From a virus (taxonomy: Duplodnaviria > Caudoviricetes), in IMG/VR virus record IMGVR_UViG_3300013767_000182, positions 1 to 24,267 of that record: 24,267 bases of DNA; one strand, 5' to 3'. Under the pieces are notes generated by a model. The model was not told the DNA's origin and did not search any database. It worked only from the letters and a program-made list of their open reading frames with translations. A program made the translations under genes and the position numbers. Below, in pieces: positions 6,634 to 15,720 of the stretch (its first letter is position 1; each line of letters starts with the position of its first letter).

Positions 6634-8447
6634 CACTGACGCGCGCCCTTCTGCATCGCCACCACTCGATGCGGGCTGCCGCTGTCGTCCTGCACCTGGA
6701 CCTGGACGTTGAGCTGCACGTCCTTGAGCGCGTCACGCAGCACCGCCGCGAGCGCGGGCGCCTGCTCGGCGAGACCCGCGGGGACGGTGGTGTTCGCGGC
6801 ACCGGAGGCTACCAGCTGCAGCGCAGGATCTTGCGCGATCTCGCCCATCAGGCGCGGGCCGAGCTCGCGCCGATACCGCTCTGGCGAGAACCCGCTGCCC
6901 TCGGCCTCCGTCGACCGCTCCGCCGCTCGCAAGATCGAATAGACCCGGCCCACGCGCGTCGCCTCGAGCTGCTGCTCCAGTTGTTCTCGCTCGGCGCCGA
7001 CCTTCTCGTTGAACTTGTCGAGGCCGGTCAGCTTGATGCCGCCGTAGGCGTTGAGCGCGGTCATCCCGAGCGCGCCGGTCGCGATGCTGCCCGCCGATCC
7101 GGAGAACAGCCACCTCAGCGCGCCGCTCCCGATGCGCGCGGCCGGCGACATCTTCGATACCGCGCCAGCGCCGGCTGCCAGTCCCTCACCGCCTTCGATC
7201 GCGCCCACGGCCTGCATCAGCTTCGGCGTGAACAGCCCCTTCAGGCCCGATGCTCCGAGCTGCATGCCGGTCAGCGTCGCAATGTGGCCGAGGATGGGAT
7301 GTCCCTCGAAGAGAGAGCCCATCCAGTCCTGGCCTTCCGCGATCGCGCGCCCGGCCTGGTCGCGCTTGTCCTCTTCCAGCCGCTGGCGCCGTGCGATCGC
7401 CTCTCCGACTTCGCTCTGCCGATACGCGCGCGCGCGATCGGCCGCCGTCGACGACAGCCGCGCCTCCGCCGCCGCGCGCGCTTCTGCCGGATCGTAGCCC
7501 ATGATCGCCGCCGCGCCTTCGGGACCGAAGTTCTGCGGCTGGCTCAAGACCTCGCGCGCCCTCAGGCCCCAGCGCTTGACGGCCATCCGTTGAACCCGCT
7601 CGAGCAGCGCCGGCAGGTCCCGCACCTTGCCCTGCTCGTCGTAGAACTGGTCGAACTGAACGCCGAGCTGCCGGCGCAGGCCTTCGCTGTCAGAGAAGAT
7701 CCTGCCGACGATGCGCTGTTGCACTCGCTCCTGCTGCTTGGCCGGCAGGCCGCGGCCGAGCTCGGCGATCGATCCCGTGATGTTCGCGAAGTCGGCGCGG
7801 CTCTTGATCGACACCTGCGAGATGGTCGCGCCGAGGTTCGCGATCTCGGTCTGCAACGCTGCCGGTCCGCCCGAGGTGCCCAGCTTCTCCGCCGCGGCAT
7901 CGATGCGGCCGAGCGCATCCGGGATGTCGTCGAAGCTGTGGCCGAGCTCGTTCTTGAGCGCCTCGCCGATCGGCGCCATCTGGTCGAGCGATCGATTGGT
8001 CGCCAGCGCCTCGTTCCCGAGCGCCTCGATCGCGCGCGACGAATCCGACGCGTCGTAGGTCGCGACCTGCAAGCCCCGGCTGAAGCGTGCGACCGCCTCG
8101 TCGGAGATCGCCAACCGGTCGCCAACCGTCTTGTACTTGTGCGCGAGTGCATCGAAGCTCTGCCCGGTCGACGCTGCCGTGCGCGCGACTTCCTCCCGGT
8201 ACCGGACGAAGCGCGCGACCGAGGCGCCGAGGTCGACCGTACCGAGGGCGGTGGCGACGCGCGCAACATCCATCGCCACGTTCGCGAACACGCGCCCGGT
8301 CTCGGAGGCCACAGCGCCGAGCCTCGTCGACACGGTCCGCGCGGCGCGGTCGATCGGCCCGAGGATCCGGTCGGCCGCGCTCGCGACGTCGTCGTCTACT
8401 TCCAGGCCGACGCGTACCGTCGCGTCCTTGGTGATCCCACCGCCCAT
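6633..8447 (-). CDS. Tail tape measure protein (604 aa)
   Basis: Ala-rich helical composition with a Gly/hydrophobic segment. Directly follows the frameshifting chaperone gene. Confidence 0.85.
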   Translation of the reverse strand: MGGGITKDATVRVGLEVDDDVASAADRILGPIDRAARTVSTRLGAVASETGRVFANVAMDVARVATALGTVDLGASVARFVRYREEVARTAASTGQSFDALAHKYKTVGDRLAISDEAVARFSRGLQVATYDASDSSRAIEALGNEALATNRSLDQMAPIGEALKNELGHSFDDIPDALGRIDAAAEKLGTSGGPAALQTEIANLGATISQVSIKSRADFANITGSIAELGRGLPAKQQERVQQRIVGRIFSDSEGLRRQLGVQFDQFYDEQGKVRDLPALLERVQRMAVKRWGLRAREVLSQPQNFGPEGAAAIMGYDPAEARAAAEARLSSTAADRARAYRQSEVGEAIARRQRLEEDKRDQAGRAIAEGQDWMGSLFEGHPILGHIATLTGMQLGASGLKGLFTPKLMQAVGAIEGGEGLAAGAGAVSKMSPAARIGSGALRWLFSGSAGSIATGALGMTALNAYGGIKLTGLDKFNEKVGAEREQLEQQLEATRVGRVYSILRAAERSTEAEGSGFSPERYRRELGPRLMGEIAQDPALQLVASGAANTTVPAGLAEQAPALAAVLRDALKDVQLNVQVQVQDDSGSPHRVVAMQKGARQ

Positions 8448-8450
8448 GGT

Positions 8451-9079
8451 CTACTCGTCGTCGTCCTGTTCGCGTCGGGCGCGATGAAGGATTCTGTGGG
8501 CGGCGATCACGCAGGCGCGCCAGCGCCAGAGATCCGCGTCCGGGACATCACGAAGCGGCCGGCCAAACCATTCGGCGCCCGACCCGCAATCGAGGAGTCG
8601 AAGAACATCGGCTGGCCGGCTCAGGAGTTTTTTCGCGCGTCCTCGACGAGCTCTGCGAACTGCTCCTTGGTCGGGGTCGCCGCGAACTCCTCGTCGACGA
8701 ACTCGATGTACTCGGTGTAGAGCCTCGTCGCCACCGGCTGCACCAAGGCCGCCCTGAGCTCGTCGACGCTGGCGGCGAACTGTGCGCGGTGCTCGTCCGC
8801 GTCCCTGAGCGCGTAGAGCAGCACCTGGTAGGCGACCTCGTTGCGACGCTTCTCCGCCGGCGCCGAGCCGTCCGGGTAAGCCCTGCGCAGCGCCACCTCC
8901 GCGGCGTCGATGGCCTTATCGCGCTTCTGCTCGTCGACGAACGCGAGGACGGCGTTGCAGTCGACGAGGTATTCTTCGCCGTGCGCGCCGCGCGCGATCG
9001 CCTTGAACTCAACCGGCCGCGTCGGCGCCGGCGTCGCTCCGTCTCGGTGCTTGCCGGAAAGGAATTCTCCAAGTCTCAT
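8451..9079 (-). CDS. Tail assembly chaperone, -1 frameshifted long form (~209 aa)
   Basis: After A AAA AAC the -1 frame stays open for 58 codons (LLSRPADVLRLLDCGSGAEWFGRPLRDVPDADLWRWR...EQDDDE*). It ends 3 nt before the tape measure ATG. Confidence 0.8.
8621..9079 (-). CDS. Tail assembly chaperone (short form, 152 aa)
   Basis: Lies between tube and tape measure, and ends CGA AAA AAC TCC TGA containing a slippery heptamer. Confidence 0.85.
   Translation of the reverse strand: MRLGEFLSGKHRDGATPAPTRPVEFKAIARGAHGEEYLVDCNAVLAFVDEQKRDKAIDAAEVALRRAYPDGSAPAEKRRNEVAYQVLLYALRDADEHRAQFAASVDELRAALVQPVATRLYTEYIEFVDEEFAATPTKEQFAELVEDARKNS
8627..8633 (-). promoter_or_regulatory. Programmed -1 ribosomal frameshift site A_AAA_AAC
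   Basis: X XXY YYZ heptamer in the correct phase, one codon before the stop. Confidence 0.82.
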
Positions 9080-9093
9080 GGCTGCGTCCTCTC

Positions 9094-9474
9094 TCAGGCG
9101 ATTCGCAACAGCTCCGCCGCGACGAAGTTCACGGTCGTCTCGGTGTCGCCGGCCTCGGGCGTGTTCGAAAGATCATCGTCCGAGAGATGGCAGCCGTATG
9201 CGGCCCAGCGCTCGGCGCCCTTCGGAAACGTGATCGTGAAACCGTCCTCGGAATCGGAGAGCGCTTGCAGATCGATCTCGAGCCCGACCTTCGGCACCGC
9301 CAAGGTCAGCGTCCCGGTGACCTTGTAGAACCCCTTCGCGGTCCCGATTGGTCCAAACGCCCCGAACTTCACCGTCACCTGACGTGCGCGCTTGATCGAG
9401 ACCTTGGTGATTGAAGCAACGCCAACGTTGTTGATCTCGATCGGAACTTGCCCGACCAGCGGAGAGAAAGGCAT
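9094..9474 (-). CDS. Tail tube protein
   Basis: 126-aa beta-rich protein immediately after the sheath, with GGAG RBS and C-terminal 'GDTETTVNF.A'. Confidence 0.82.
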   Translation of the reverse strand: MPFSPLVGQVPIEINNVGVASITKVSIKRARQVTVKFGAFGPIGTAKGFYKVTGTLTLAVPKVGLEIDLQALSDSEDGFTITFPKGAERWAAYGCHLSDDDLSNTPEAGDTETTVNFVAAELLRIA

Positions 9475-9493
9475 GGAGTTGCTCCTCTCGAGC

Positions 9494-11239
9494 TCAGACG
9501 AGACTCGCGTCGCCGCTCAACTGGTCGAGCTTCTCGGGCGGCCGGCACGGAATGAAGATGTCGACGCGATGGCGGTTGTTCGCGTTCGGGCTGACCCGCA
9601 CCTGGTCCTTCAGGTCGTCGACGCCGTCGAAGAGGTCCGCGTTGTCCCAGGTGCGGATGCGCTCGATCACCGCGTCCCGGATCGAGTCGAGCTTGACCGT
9701 GTTCGGCGTGCGGGGCTCGCCGTGGAGCTTCAGGTTCTTGTGCGGAAAGCGCTGCCTGAGGAACGCGGCGAGGTCCAGCCGATAGAAGCCGAGCGTCCGG
9801 ATCGTGCCCCACGCCCACAGTCGATCGTCGGTGGAATCGATGGTCGTCCGGTCGCTCAGGATGACGAGCTGGCCGAGCGACTCGTCGACGACGAGCGGCG
9901 TGAGCCCGAGTTGGAGCGCGGCGTTCTGCTCATTCGGATCGGGGCGCGAGTTCTGGTGCGGAAGGAGCAGCGGGACGACGCCGTCGGTCTCGAGCGGCGC
10001 GCCGTCGTAGTTGTACGGGTGGTAGTCCTCGACGCAGACGCGCGCGGCCAGGCGTGCGCCGAGCTCGTACGCCTGCTCGGGCGCACCCGGGCACCAGCCA
10101 ATCGCGTACCTCGGCGAACCAGAGAGCGTCGGCGTCGTTGCGGGCGGCAGAGCGCCGGCCCGAAGCAGCGAATCGGTCGAGCCGAGGAAGAGCTGTTGGT
10201 CCTTCTGCCGCCTTCCGTCCGCGTAGGCCTCGATGTGCGCGGCCATTGCGCCAAGCGTATCGGCATCGAGGAACGCGGACGTCCAGCACGGAAACGCCGC
10301 CTGCCCGGCGACGTTGCCGAGCGCCTGAGTGAGCGCTGGCTCGCCCGAGCCGCTCACGCCGACGGCGAGCGCGACCGCGATCCCGGTGGTCGTGTAGATC
10401 GCCGCCGAGATCCGATGCACCACTCGGCCGGGCGCGTAGTAGAGCGTCAGGAGGCCCGCCCCGCTCGCCTCCGCCGTGCACGGATACGAATCCGCCGCGA
10501 AGTCCTGCGCCAGCGTCTGCGAGACAGTGATGCCGGTGTCCGCGTTCCTGATGGACGCCTGCACCGCCTGCGTCCCGATGCCCACCACGACCGAGCCGTC
10601 GCCCGAGCCGAGGCCATTGAAGCTGATGGACCCCGGCGACGCGCGCACGCCCGAGCTGCCCGAGAACGCGACCATCACCGGCAGGTCGTTGCCGACCAGG
10701 CCGACGTGGCGGTAGACCAGCGACACAGTCGCGCCGTTGGCCTGCGCCGTCACAGGCACGTCGACGAGCTGCTTGTTGATCGCGGAAGCGACGTGCCCGG
10801 CGATCATGGCGCCCGTGTCGAGGTTCGCGATCGCCACGGTGACTCGGTAGCCGCAGATGGTGACGTCGACCGAGCCCGCACCCTTGGCGTCGCCGACGAA
10901 CGTAATGAGGTGAGTCGATGTGATCCCGCCGACCGGCTCGGGGACAGCGACGCCGTAGAGGTCGGCCGCGCCGCCGCCGATCTGCGACTGCGCGGCGGCA
11001 TGAAGCCGCGCCAGATCCGAGCCGCGCCCGAAGAAGAGATTCGCGCTCGATTGGCCCTGAAGCTGGACGACCGTGTTGAGCGGCGCGATCCCAGTCGCCG
11101 TCTTGTGGCCGACCAGGAGAATTCGCTTGGCGACGTTGCCGATCCCGGCCGAGGAGCCACGGAGATCGAGGCTGATGTAGATGCCCGGGACCAACCAGCT
11201 CGATGGCAGGTCGGGGTTGAGCGGCGCGGAGATGGTCAT
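9494..11239 (-). CDS. Contractile tail sheath protein (Mu gpL-like)
   Basis: 'VPGIYISLD', 'RILLVGHK', 'FGRGSDLA', 'EQNAALQLGLTP', 'QRFPHKNL' and 'NRHRVDIFIP'. Confidence 0.94.
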   Translation of the reverse strand: MTISAPLNPDLPSSWLVPGIYISLDLRGSSAGIGNVAKRILLVGHKTATGIAPLNTVVQLQGQSSANLFFGRGSDLARLHAAAQSQIGGGAADLYGVAVPEPVGGITSTHLITFVGDAKGAGSVDVTICGYRVTVAIANLDTGAMIAGHVASAINKQLVDVPVTAQANGATVSLVYRHVGLVGNDLPVMVAFSGSSGVRASPGSISFNGLGSGDGSVVVGIGTQAVQASIRNADTGITVSQTLAQDFAADSYPCTAEASGAGLLTLYYAPGRVVHRISAAIYTTTGIAVALAVGVSGSGEPALTQALGNVAGQAAFPCWTSAFLDADTLGAMAAHIEAYADGRRQKDQQLFLGSTDSLLRAGALPPATTPTLSGSPRYAIGWCPGAPEQAYELGARLAARVCVEDYHPYNYDGAPLETDGVVPLLLPHQNSRPDPNEQNAALQLGLTPLVVDESLGQLVILSDRTTIDSTDDRLWAWGTIRTLGFYRLDLAAFLRQRFPHKNLKLHGEPRTPNTVKLDSIRDAVIERIRTWDNADLFDGVDDLKDQVRVSPNANNRHRVDIFIPCRPPEKLDQLSGDASLV

Positions 11240-11457
11240 GACGCATCACCGGAAGGAGCAGGAGCGTTCGTCTTCACGTTCGGGTCGGTGAGAAGAATCG
11301 ATCCGTCGCCGGCACGACGCGCCCACCAAGCAGACCACTCGACGACCGCGCCGTCCGCGGGCAGGAAGCGATCGGCGATGCCGGGGTGCTCGGGTACGCG
11401 CACGCCGGGCCGCGGCCAGACGCGCACGCGCTGGCCCATCTTGAAGGCGCTGGTCAT
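11236..11457 (-). CDS. DUF2635 / Mu gp38-like small protein (73 aa)
   Basis: 'VWPRPGVRVP...FLPADGAVVEWSAWWARRAGDGSI'. Its stop overlaps the sheath ATG (ATGA). Confidence 0.85.
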   Translation of the reverse strand: MTSAFKMGQRVRVWPRPGVRVPEHPGIADRFLPADGAVVEWSAWWARRAGDGSILLTDPNVKTNAPAPSGDAS

Positions 11458-11467
11458 GAATGTTCTC

Positions 11468-12280
11468 TCAGCGAATGAAGTCGACTTCGGATTCGACGAC
11501 GGGAGCGTCGTCGATTGCATACTCGGCGTCGGCGCCGTCGAGCGGAACGATATCTTCCTCGGGCCTGAGCGTCGCCCAGACCGTGACGTCGAGCGCCTCG
11601 ACGACGGTGCGCTTGGCGAGCGCCACTATCACCGGCCGCTCCTCGCCGAGCTCGACCCGTTCGACCGCGCCTCCGAGTCCAAGGTCGCTGCCCGCGAGCA
11701 CAGCCTTCGCGTCGCCGAGGATTGCCGCCGTGCCCGGATCGAGCTTGGCCTCCTCGCGGCGCTGGCTACCGTGCCACGCCGATTCGCCGCCGCGCATGTT
11801 GGTGCTGATGGCAAGCAGCCGATAGGAGACGATGTACCAGTAGAGCGCGCCAGCGCGGTTCGACATCGGCTTGTGCCGCGCGCCTTCGAACGAGATGAGC
11901 AGCGCCGGCTTCTTCGACAGAAGCCGCTCGGTCATCGTCTCCTCATCTTCGTCCTCGTTGTACAGCTCGCACCGATCGAGGTAGCCATCGGCGACGAGCG
12001 ACTCCGTCCTCAGCCATCGCCCCGGCGCGCCGGCAGGCAAGTCCGATGGCACGAGGATGGTCTCACCGTCGGCCGCGCGCGCGTCGCTGCGGAGGAATCG
12101 ATACGTTCGACGGGCCGCGGAGATATGGCGCAGGTCGTCGTCGCCGAGCGCCGCCGACGGCAGCCTTGCGAGATCAACAATCGTCGCTACCGGAGCCAGG
12201 CGCCGTCCGTACGCAAGAAGGAGAGTGTCGCGGAGCGCCGTCTCGATGACGGGCCGCGCGTTGCGAAAGGTGAGGTCCAT
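11468..12280 (-). CDS. Mu gp37/DUF1834-like tail terminator, with inserted domain
   Basis: Lies between the gpG-like and gp38-like genes. 'KPALLISFEG', 'RLLAISTNMRG' and 'GTAAILGDAKAVLAG' fit the family. Confidence 0.7.
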   Translation of the reverse strand: MDLTFRNARPVIETALRDTLLLAYGRRLAPVATIVDLARLPSAALGDDDLRHISAARRTYRFLRSDARAADGETILVPSDLPAGAPGRWLRTESLVADGYLDRCELYNEDEDEETMTERLLSKKPALLISFEGARHKPMSNRAGALYWYIVSYRLLAISTNMRGGESAWHGSQRREEAKLDPGTAAILGDAKAVLAGSDLGLGGAVERVELGEERPVIVALAKRTVVEALDVTVWATLRPEEDIVPLDGADAEYAIDDAPVVESEVDFIR

Positions 12281-12282
12281 GA

Positions 12283-12996
12283 TCAGATCCCCGCGTCGGC
12301 GACGCCGATGGCGCGCGCGACCAAGATCTTGACGAGCACGTCCACGTCGTCGGTCTCCAACTCGGCGAACGTACGCTTCGGAATCACCGCGCCATGCCCC
12401 CCGCTCCCACCGAGATTGTGTACGCCCGCCCAGGGCACGAACGACCCGACGACGACGGCGTTGCCTTCGAGTCGCGCCTTGATCGTCGACGCGAGACGGC
12501 CCAGGAGGTGGTGGTGCTTGCTGATCGCGCGCCGCTGCTTGCGTCGCTTGCCAGCCTGCGCGCGATCGAGCGCCTTCGCGAGATTCGCGAGCTCGCGCGC
12601 ATACCTCTTTCCAGTCGCGTAATGGCGCACCGCCTCGCCGAGCGCACCGCCTCCCGTCGAGCGCGTCGCACGCTCGAACGCGAGCAGCACGCGCGAATCC
12701 AGCCGCTCAGCTCGCACGTCGCGCTGGAGCTGCCGGCGCAGACGCTTGAGGCGAGGGGATTCGCGGAGCTTCCCGACGCGCGTGACCTTACCGGTGTAGC
12801 TCTGAAGGAGCCGGTGCCCCGTCGATTGCGCCAACGGCGGCCAACCCGGCCCCTCGGCAGCAAATCGATCTTTGAACTTCGCCCGCAGATAGGCGCCGAA
12901 GATCTTCAGCGGCGGCTGGAGGTCCGTCAGCGTCCGAACAATCAGCTCGAGCCGGCGACGACCTGCTGTCGCATCGACCGAGAGCCTGACACGCAC
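12283..12996 (-). CDS. Virion morphogenesis / tail completion protein (Mu gpG-like)
   Basis: 'RFAAEGPGWPPLAQST', 'GRLASTI', 'VGSFVPWAGVHNLGG' and 'IPKRTF'. Confidence 0.85.
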   Translation of the reverse strand: MRVRLSVDATAGRRRLELIVRTLTDLQPPLKIFGAYLRAKFKDRFAAEGPGWPPLAQSTGHRLLQSYTGKVTRVGKLRESPRLKRLRRQLQRDVRAERLDSRVLLAFERATRSTGGGALGEAVRHYATGKRYARELANLAKALDRAQAGKRRKQRRAISKHHHLLGRLASTIKARLEGNAVVVGSFVPWAGVHNLGGSGGHGAVIPKRTFAELETDDVDVLVKILVARAIGVADAGI

Positions 12997-13000
12997 GAGA

Positions 13001-13447
13001 TCAGCAGAAGCCCTTCAGGTTGCGACGCGTGGTCCGCGTCTTCTCCGGATCGATGTCGACCACCTCGACGGGATACGACGTCGCCGGGTGGCGCGACGCG
13101 CCGAGCGTGCGCGTGCCCTTGGCGACGTCGTCGAGCCACCGGAGCGTGTCCTCGTACGCCTCGCGCACGTCCTGTGGAACGGCCTGGCCCGACGTCCCTT
13201 TCTGGTACGCCCAGTAGACCGCCAGCTGGAGCTTCCGCTGCTCGAGGACGAGCGAGCCGTCGACGCGCGGATCGTCGAGATCGACCGCGACTTGGATCGC
13301 GGATGCCGCTTCGCCCTCGGCGGCGTCGATCACCTGCTCGACCAGCTCGGCATCCGGGACGCCGTCGAAGTTCTTGTCGAGGAGATCGCGCAGCTTGTCG
13401 GCGCCGCCAATCGCGCCTTCGAGCTTGGCCTGCGTGAGGCGCGCCAT
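13001..13447 (-). CDS. Head-tail adaptor, Mu gp36/DUF1320-like
   Basis: 'QVIDAAEGE', 'LAVYW' and 'YEDTLRWLDDVAKG'. Confidence 0.88.
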   Translation of the reverse strand: MARLTQAKLEGAIGGADKLRDLLDKNFDGVPDAELVEQVIDAAEGEAASAIQVAVDLDDPRVDGSLVLEQRKLQLAVYWAYQKGTSGQAVPQDVREAYEDTLRWLDDVAKGTRTLGASRHPATSYPVEVVDIDPEKTRTTRRNLKGFC

Positions 13448-13450
13448 TGG

Positions 13451-13780
13451 TTATCCGTTGCCCGTGGTGCTGCCGCCGGCGAGCAGCTCGCGCTGCCGCT
13501 TCTGCTCCTCGATCTGGCGCGCGCGTACCATGCGCAGCGCCTCGGCTTCCTTGTCGGCCCAGGCGTTCGCCGTCAGGCGAGCGTCCTGCACGTGGCTCGC
13601 ATGCTCGGCGCGCTTCTCCGCCAGCTCCTTGCGCTGCGCGTCTTCGTCTTCCTTCGAGAGCAGCACGAGCGCACCCACGCGCCTGTACTCGCGCTCCTCG
13701 ACTTCGACGATGTCGCCGCGGAAGTGCGTGCCGTACTGATGACACACGACCTTGGCGCGGATCTTCTTTGGCTCTGGCAT
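13451..13780 (-). CDS. Small hypothetical protein downstream of the capsid gene (Mu gp35 position)
   Basis: 109 aa with GAGAGGG RBS, 'RGDIVEVEE' and a coiled-coil-like tail. Tight spacing to both neighbours. Confidence 0.75.
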   Translation of the reverse strand: MPEPKKIRAKVVCHQYGTHFRGDIVEVEEREYRRVGALVLLSKEDEDAQRKELAEKRAEHASHVQDARLTANAWADKEAEALRMVRARQIEEQKRQRELLAGGSTTGNG

Positions 13781-13791
13781 GACAATCCCTC

Positions 13792-14841
13792 TCAGGCGAG
13801 CTCGCCGCGGTAGAGGTCGACGTTGGTCGTGTCGACCACGCCTTTGAGCACGAAGAGCGACTCGGTCTTGACGACCTTGTACTGGACGTTGGTCCGCACG
13901 CGCACGATGGTCGAGCCGTCGGGTCCGCGTTCGGGCTTCGGGTACGTGTACGCGCCGATGGTGTCGGCAGGGTTGCCGTCGTCGGCGGGCGAGTTCTTGC
14001 CGGTGAACGCGAAGCGGTGCGTCGCGCCGACCGACTTCAGCGACGGCTCCTCGATGTACGCGATCGGCACGTCCGCGCCGATCCAGCTGCGCTTCGCGCC
14101 CTGCTGCGGGCCGCGCTTGGTCTCGTAGCGCCCGAACGTGATCTTGATTGAGCCCGGCTCGAGCACGTCCTCGAGCTTCTTCTCCAGCATCTCGACGGTG
14201 ATCATCTGCAGCCCGGCCGGCGTCGTGTGCACCGGCGCGATCGCCTGCATGGCCGGGTTGAACTGCATCCCGCGCCAGGTGAGGAAGTCGAAGCCCATCC
14301 GGTTCGGCTTCCGGCCGATCTGCGAGATGATGTACTCACACGCCCTGCGCAGCTCGAGCACCGGGTTCGAGCGCAGCGAGGTGTAGTTGTCGAAGATCTC
14401 GTCGGGGCCGAGCACCTTGTACGACGTGCCGAGCTGCGCGATGTCCCGGAGCGTCGCGAACCCCTCGAGCTCGAGCGTGTTCGCCAGGACCGTCATCGGA
14501 AGATCGGTCTGGAGCTGCTCGTACTGCAGAATGTCGTCGGCGCGCGCGCGATCGTAGTGATCGATGACGCCCTCGAGCGCGTGCGCGCGGCAGCGGTACT
14601 GCCCGTCGGGATCGACATAGAACTGCACTTCGGCCACGTCGCCGTCGGCGCCGACGACGGTCTCGGCGGTCTGCTGCCAGGTGGATTGGTTGATCCGCTT
14701 CCAGACGTTGGTCTCCTTCTCGACCCGCATGGTCGGGAAGAACCACGAACTGAGGAACCAGTTTTCCTTCGGGGGAGTCCATCTCTGCACGTAGTTCGAC
14801 AGGAGGACGTCCCGGTGGAGGACGGCATTTGACGTGGCCAT
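13792..14841 (-). CDS. Major capsid protein (HK97 fold, capsid-E-like family)
   Basis: 349 aa. 'DVLLSNY...FLSSWFFPTMRV' and 'SNPVLEL......IGRKPN.M' are typical. Follows the protease and decoration genes. Confidence 0.88.
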   Translation of the reverse strand: MATSNAVLHRDVLLSNYVQRWTPPKENWFLSSWFFPTMRVEKETNVWKRINQSTWQQTAETVVGADGDVAEVQFYVDPDGQYRCRAHALEGVIDHYDRARADDILQYEQLQTDLPMTVLANTLELEGFATLRDIAQLGTSYKVLGPDEIFDNYTSLRSNPVLELRRACEYIISQIGRKPNRMGFDFLTWRGMQFNPAMQAIAPVHTTPAGLQMITVEMLEKKLEDVLEPGSIKITFGRYETKRGPQQGAKRSWIGADVPIAYIEEPSLKSVGATHRFAFTGKNSPADDGNPADTIGAYTYPKPERGPDGSTIVRVRTNVQYKVVKTESLFVLKGVVDTTNVDLYRGELA

Positions 14842-14892
14842 CGGCAGCTCCGATCTGAAGTGCGTTTCTGGAACGAAAGAGACGAGGTGCGG

Positions 14893-15720
14893 TTACGTCA
14901 CGTCGAAGCTGGCGATGAGGCCGGCCGCGGTCGCCGAGTACGAGACGACCTTGAGCGCGACAAGGTCGCCGCGCGCGAGCACCACCCAGCGCACGAGGTC
15001 GTCCGCGGCGCCCACGGGTCCGGCGAACTGGCACGAGACGGCCAGGTCGGTCCACGTCGCGCCGCCGTCGCTCGACTTCACGACGGTCACGGTGACGGTC
15101 TCGTTCTGAGAGGGCAGCGCCTGCAGCGTGGCGCCGAGGCTGCGCACGACCTCGCCGTCGAAGCGCGCCCGATAGAGCGCGACCGGTGATTGGCTCAGCG
15201 CCGAGCCGGGCGGGCCGAGGTACCGGGTGACGTTGTTGCCGAGCGGCGTCGTGCCGGGCTCGCCGCCAGTAATCGCGCGGACGATCTCGATCCAGCCGGG
15301 TCGCACCTCGCCTTCGACGAGCTCGGGAGCGTTGCCGACCTGGTGCGCTTCCTCGAAGTGGCCGAGGACCATGGCGGACGAGCTGAAGGGCACGCGCTGG
15401 CGAACGTTGCCGAGATTCGGCGCGCTGTCGGCGATCACTTGGCCGCCGAGCTGGATCGTGACGTTCGGTGAGCAGAGGAGCTTGGCGTAGCCGAGCTTCT
15501 GGATCGAGATCTCCTCTCCCTGCGTCGTGCCGCTGCCGCCCATAATGCCGGCGGTGCGGTTGATGCCGGCGGCCGGCTGGAGCTGCGCAGCCTGCCAACT
15601 CGGCAGCGCCACCTGAAAGGCGGCCGAGCCGAAGACGGCGACCTGCCCCTCCCGAAAGCCGCCGCTCGCGTCGTAGTAGCCGAGGTTGAAGAGGCGTGCG
15701 ATTGCTCTGGCAAGACCCAT
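14893..15720 (-). CDS. Capsid decoration/cement protein (DUF2190-like N-terminus) with C-terminal beta-sandwich extension (275 aa)
   Basis: ATG at 15720 with GGAAGG RBS. 'GEEISIQKLG.A......IQLGGQVIAD...G...VLGHFEEA' resembles DUF2190. Lies immediately upstream of the capsid gene. Confidence 0.72.
   Translation of the reverse strand: MGLARAIARLFNLGYYDASGGFREGQVAVFGSAAFQVALPSWQAAQLQPAAGINRTAGIMGGSGTTQGEEISIQKLGYAKLLCSPNVTIQLGGQVIADSAPNLGNVRQRVPFSSSAMVLGHFEEAHQVGNAPELVEGEVRPGWIEIVRAITGGEPGTTPLGNNVTRYLGPPGSALSQSPVALYRARFDGEVVRSLGATLQALPSQNETVTVTVVKSSDGGATWTDLAVSCQFAGPVGAADDLVRWVVLARGDLVALKVVSYSATAAGLIASFDVT

Noticed and set aside
1025-11239. Tailocin, eCIS or T6SS interpretation
   Set aside because: Terminase, portal, protease and capsid genes are co-oriented and intact. 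No eCIS AAA+ ATPase or T6SS membrane complex genes are present.
9392-12622. 1076-aa + strand ORF (and similar ORFs at 6669-8720 and 22044-24197)
   Set aside because: Lies antisense to genes with clear family motifs and has no recognisable motifs of its own.
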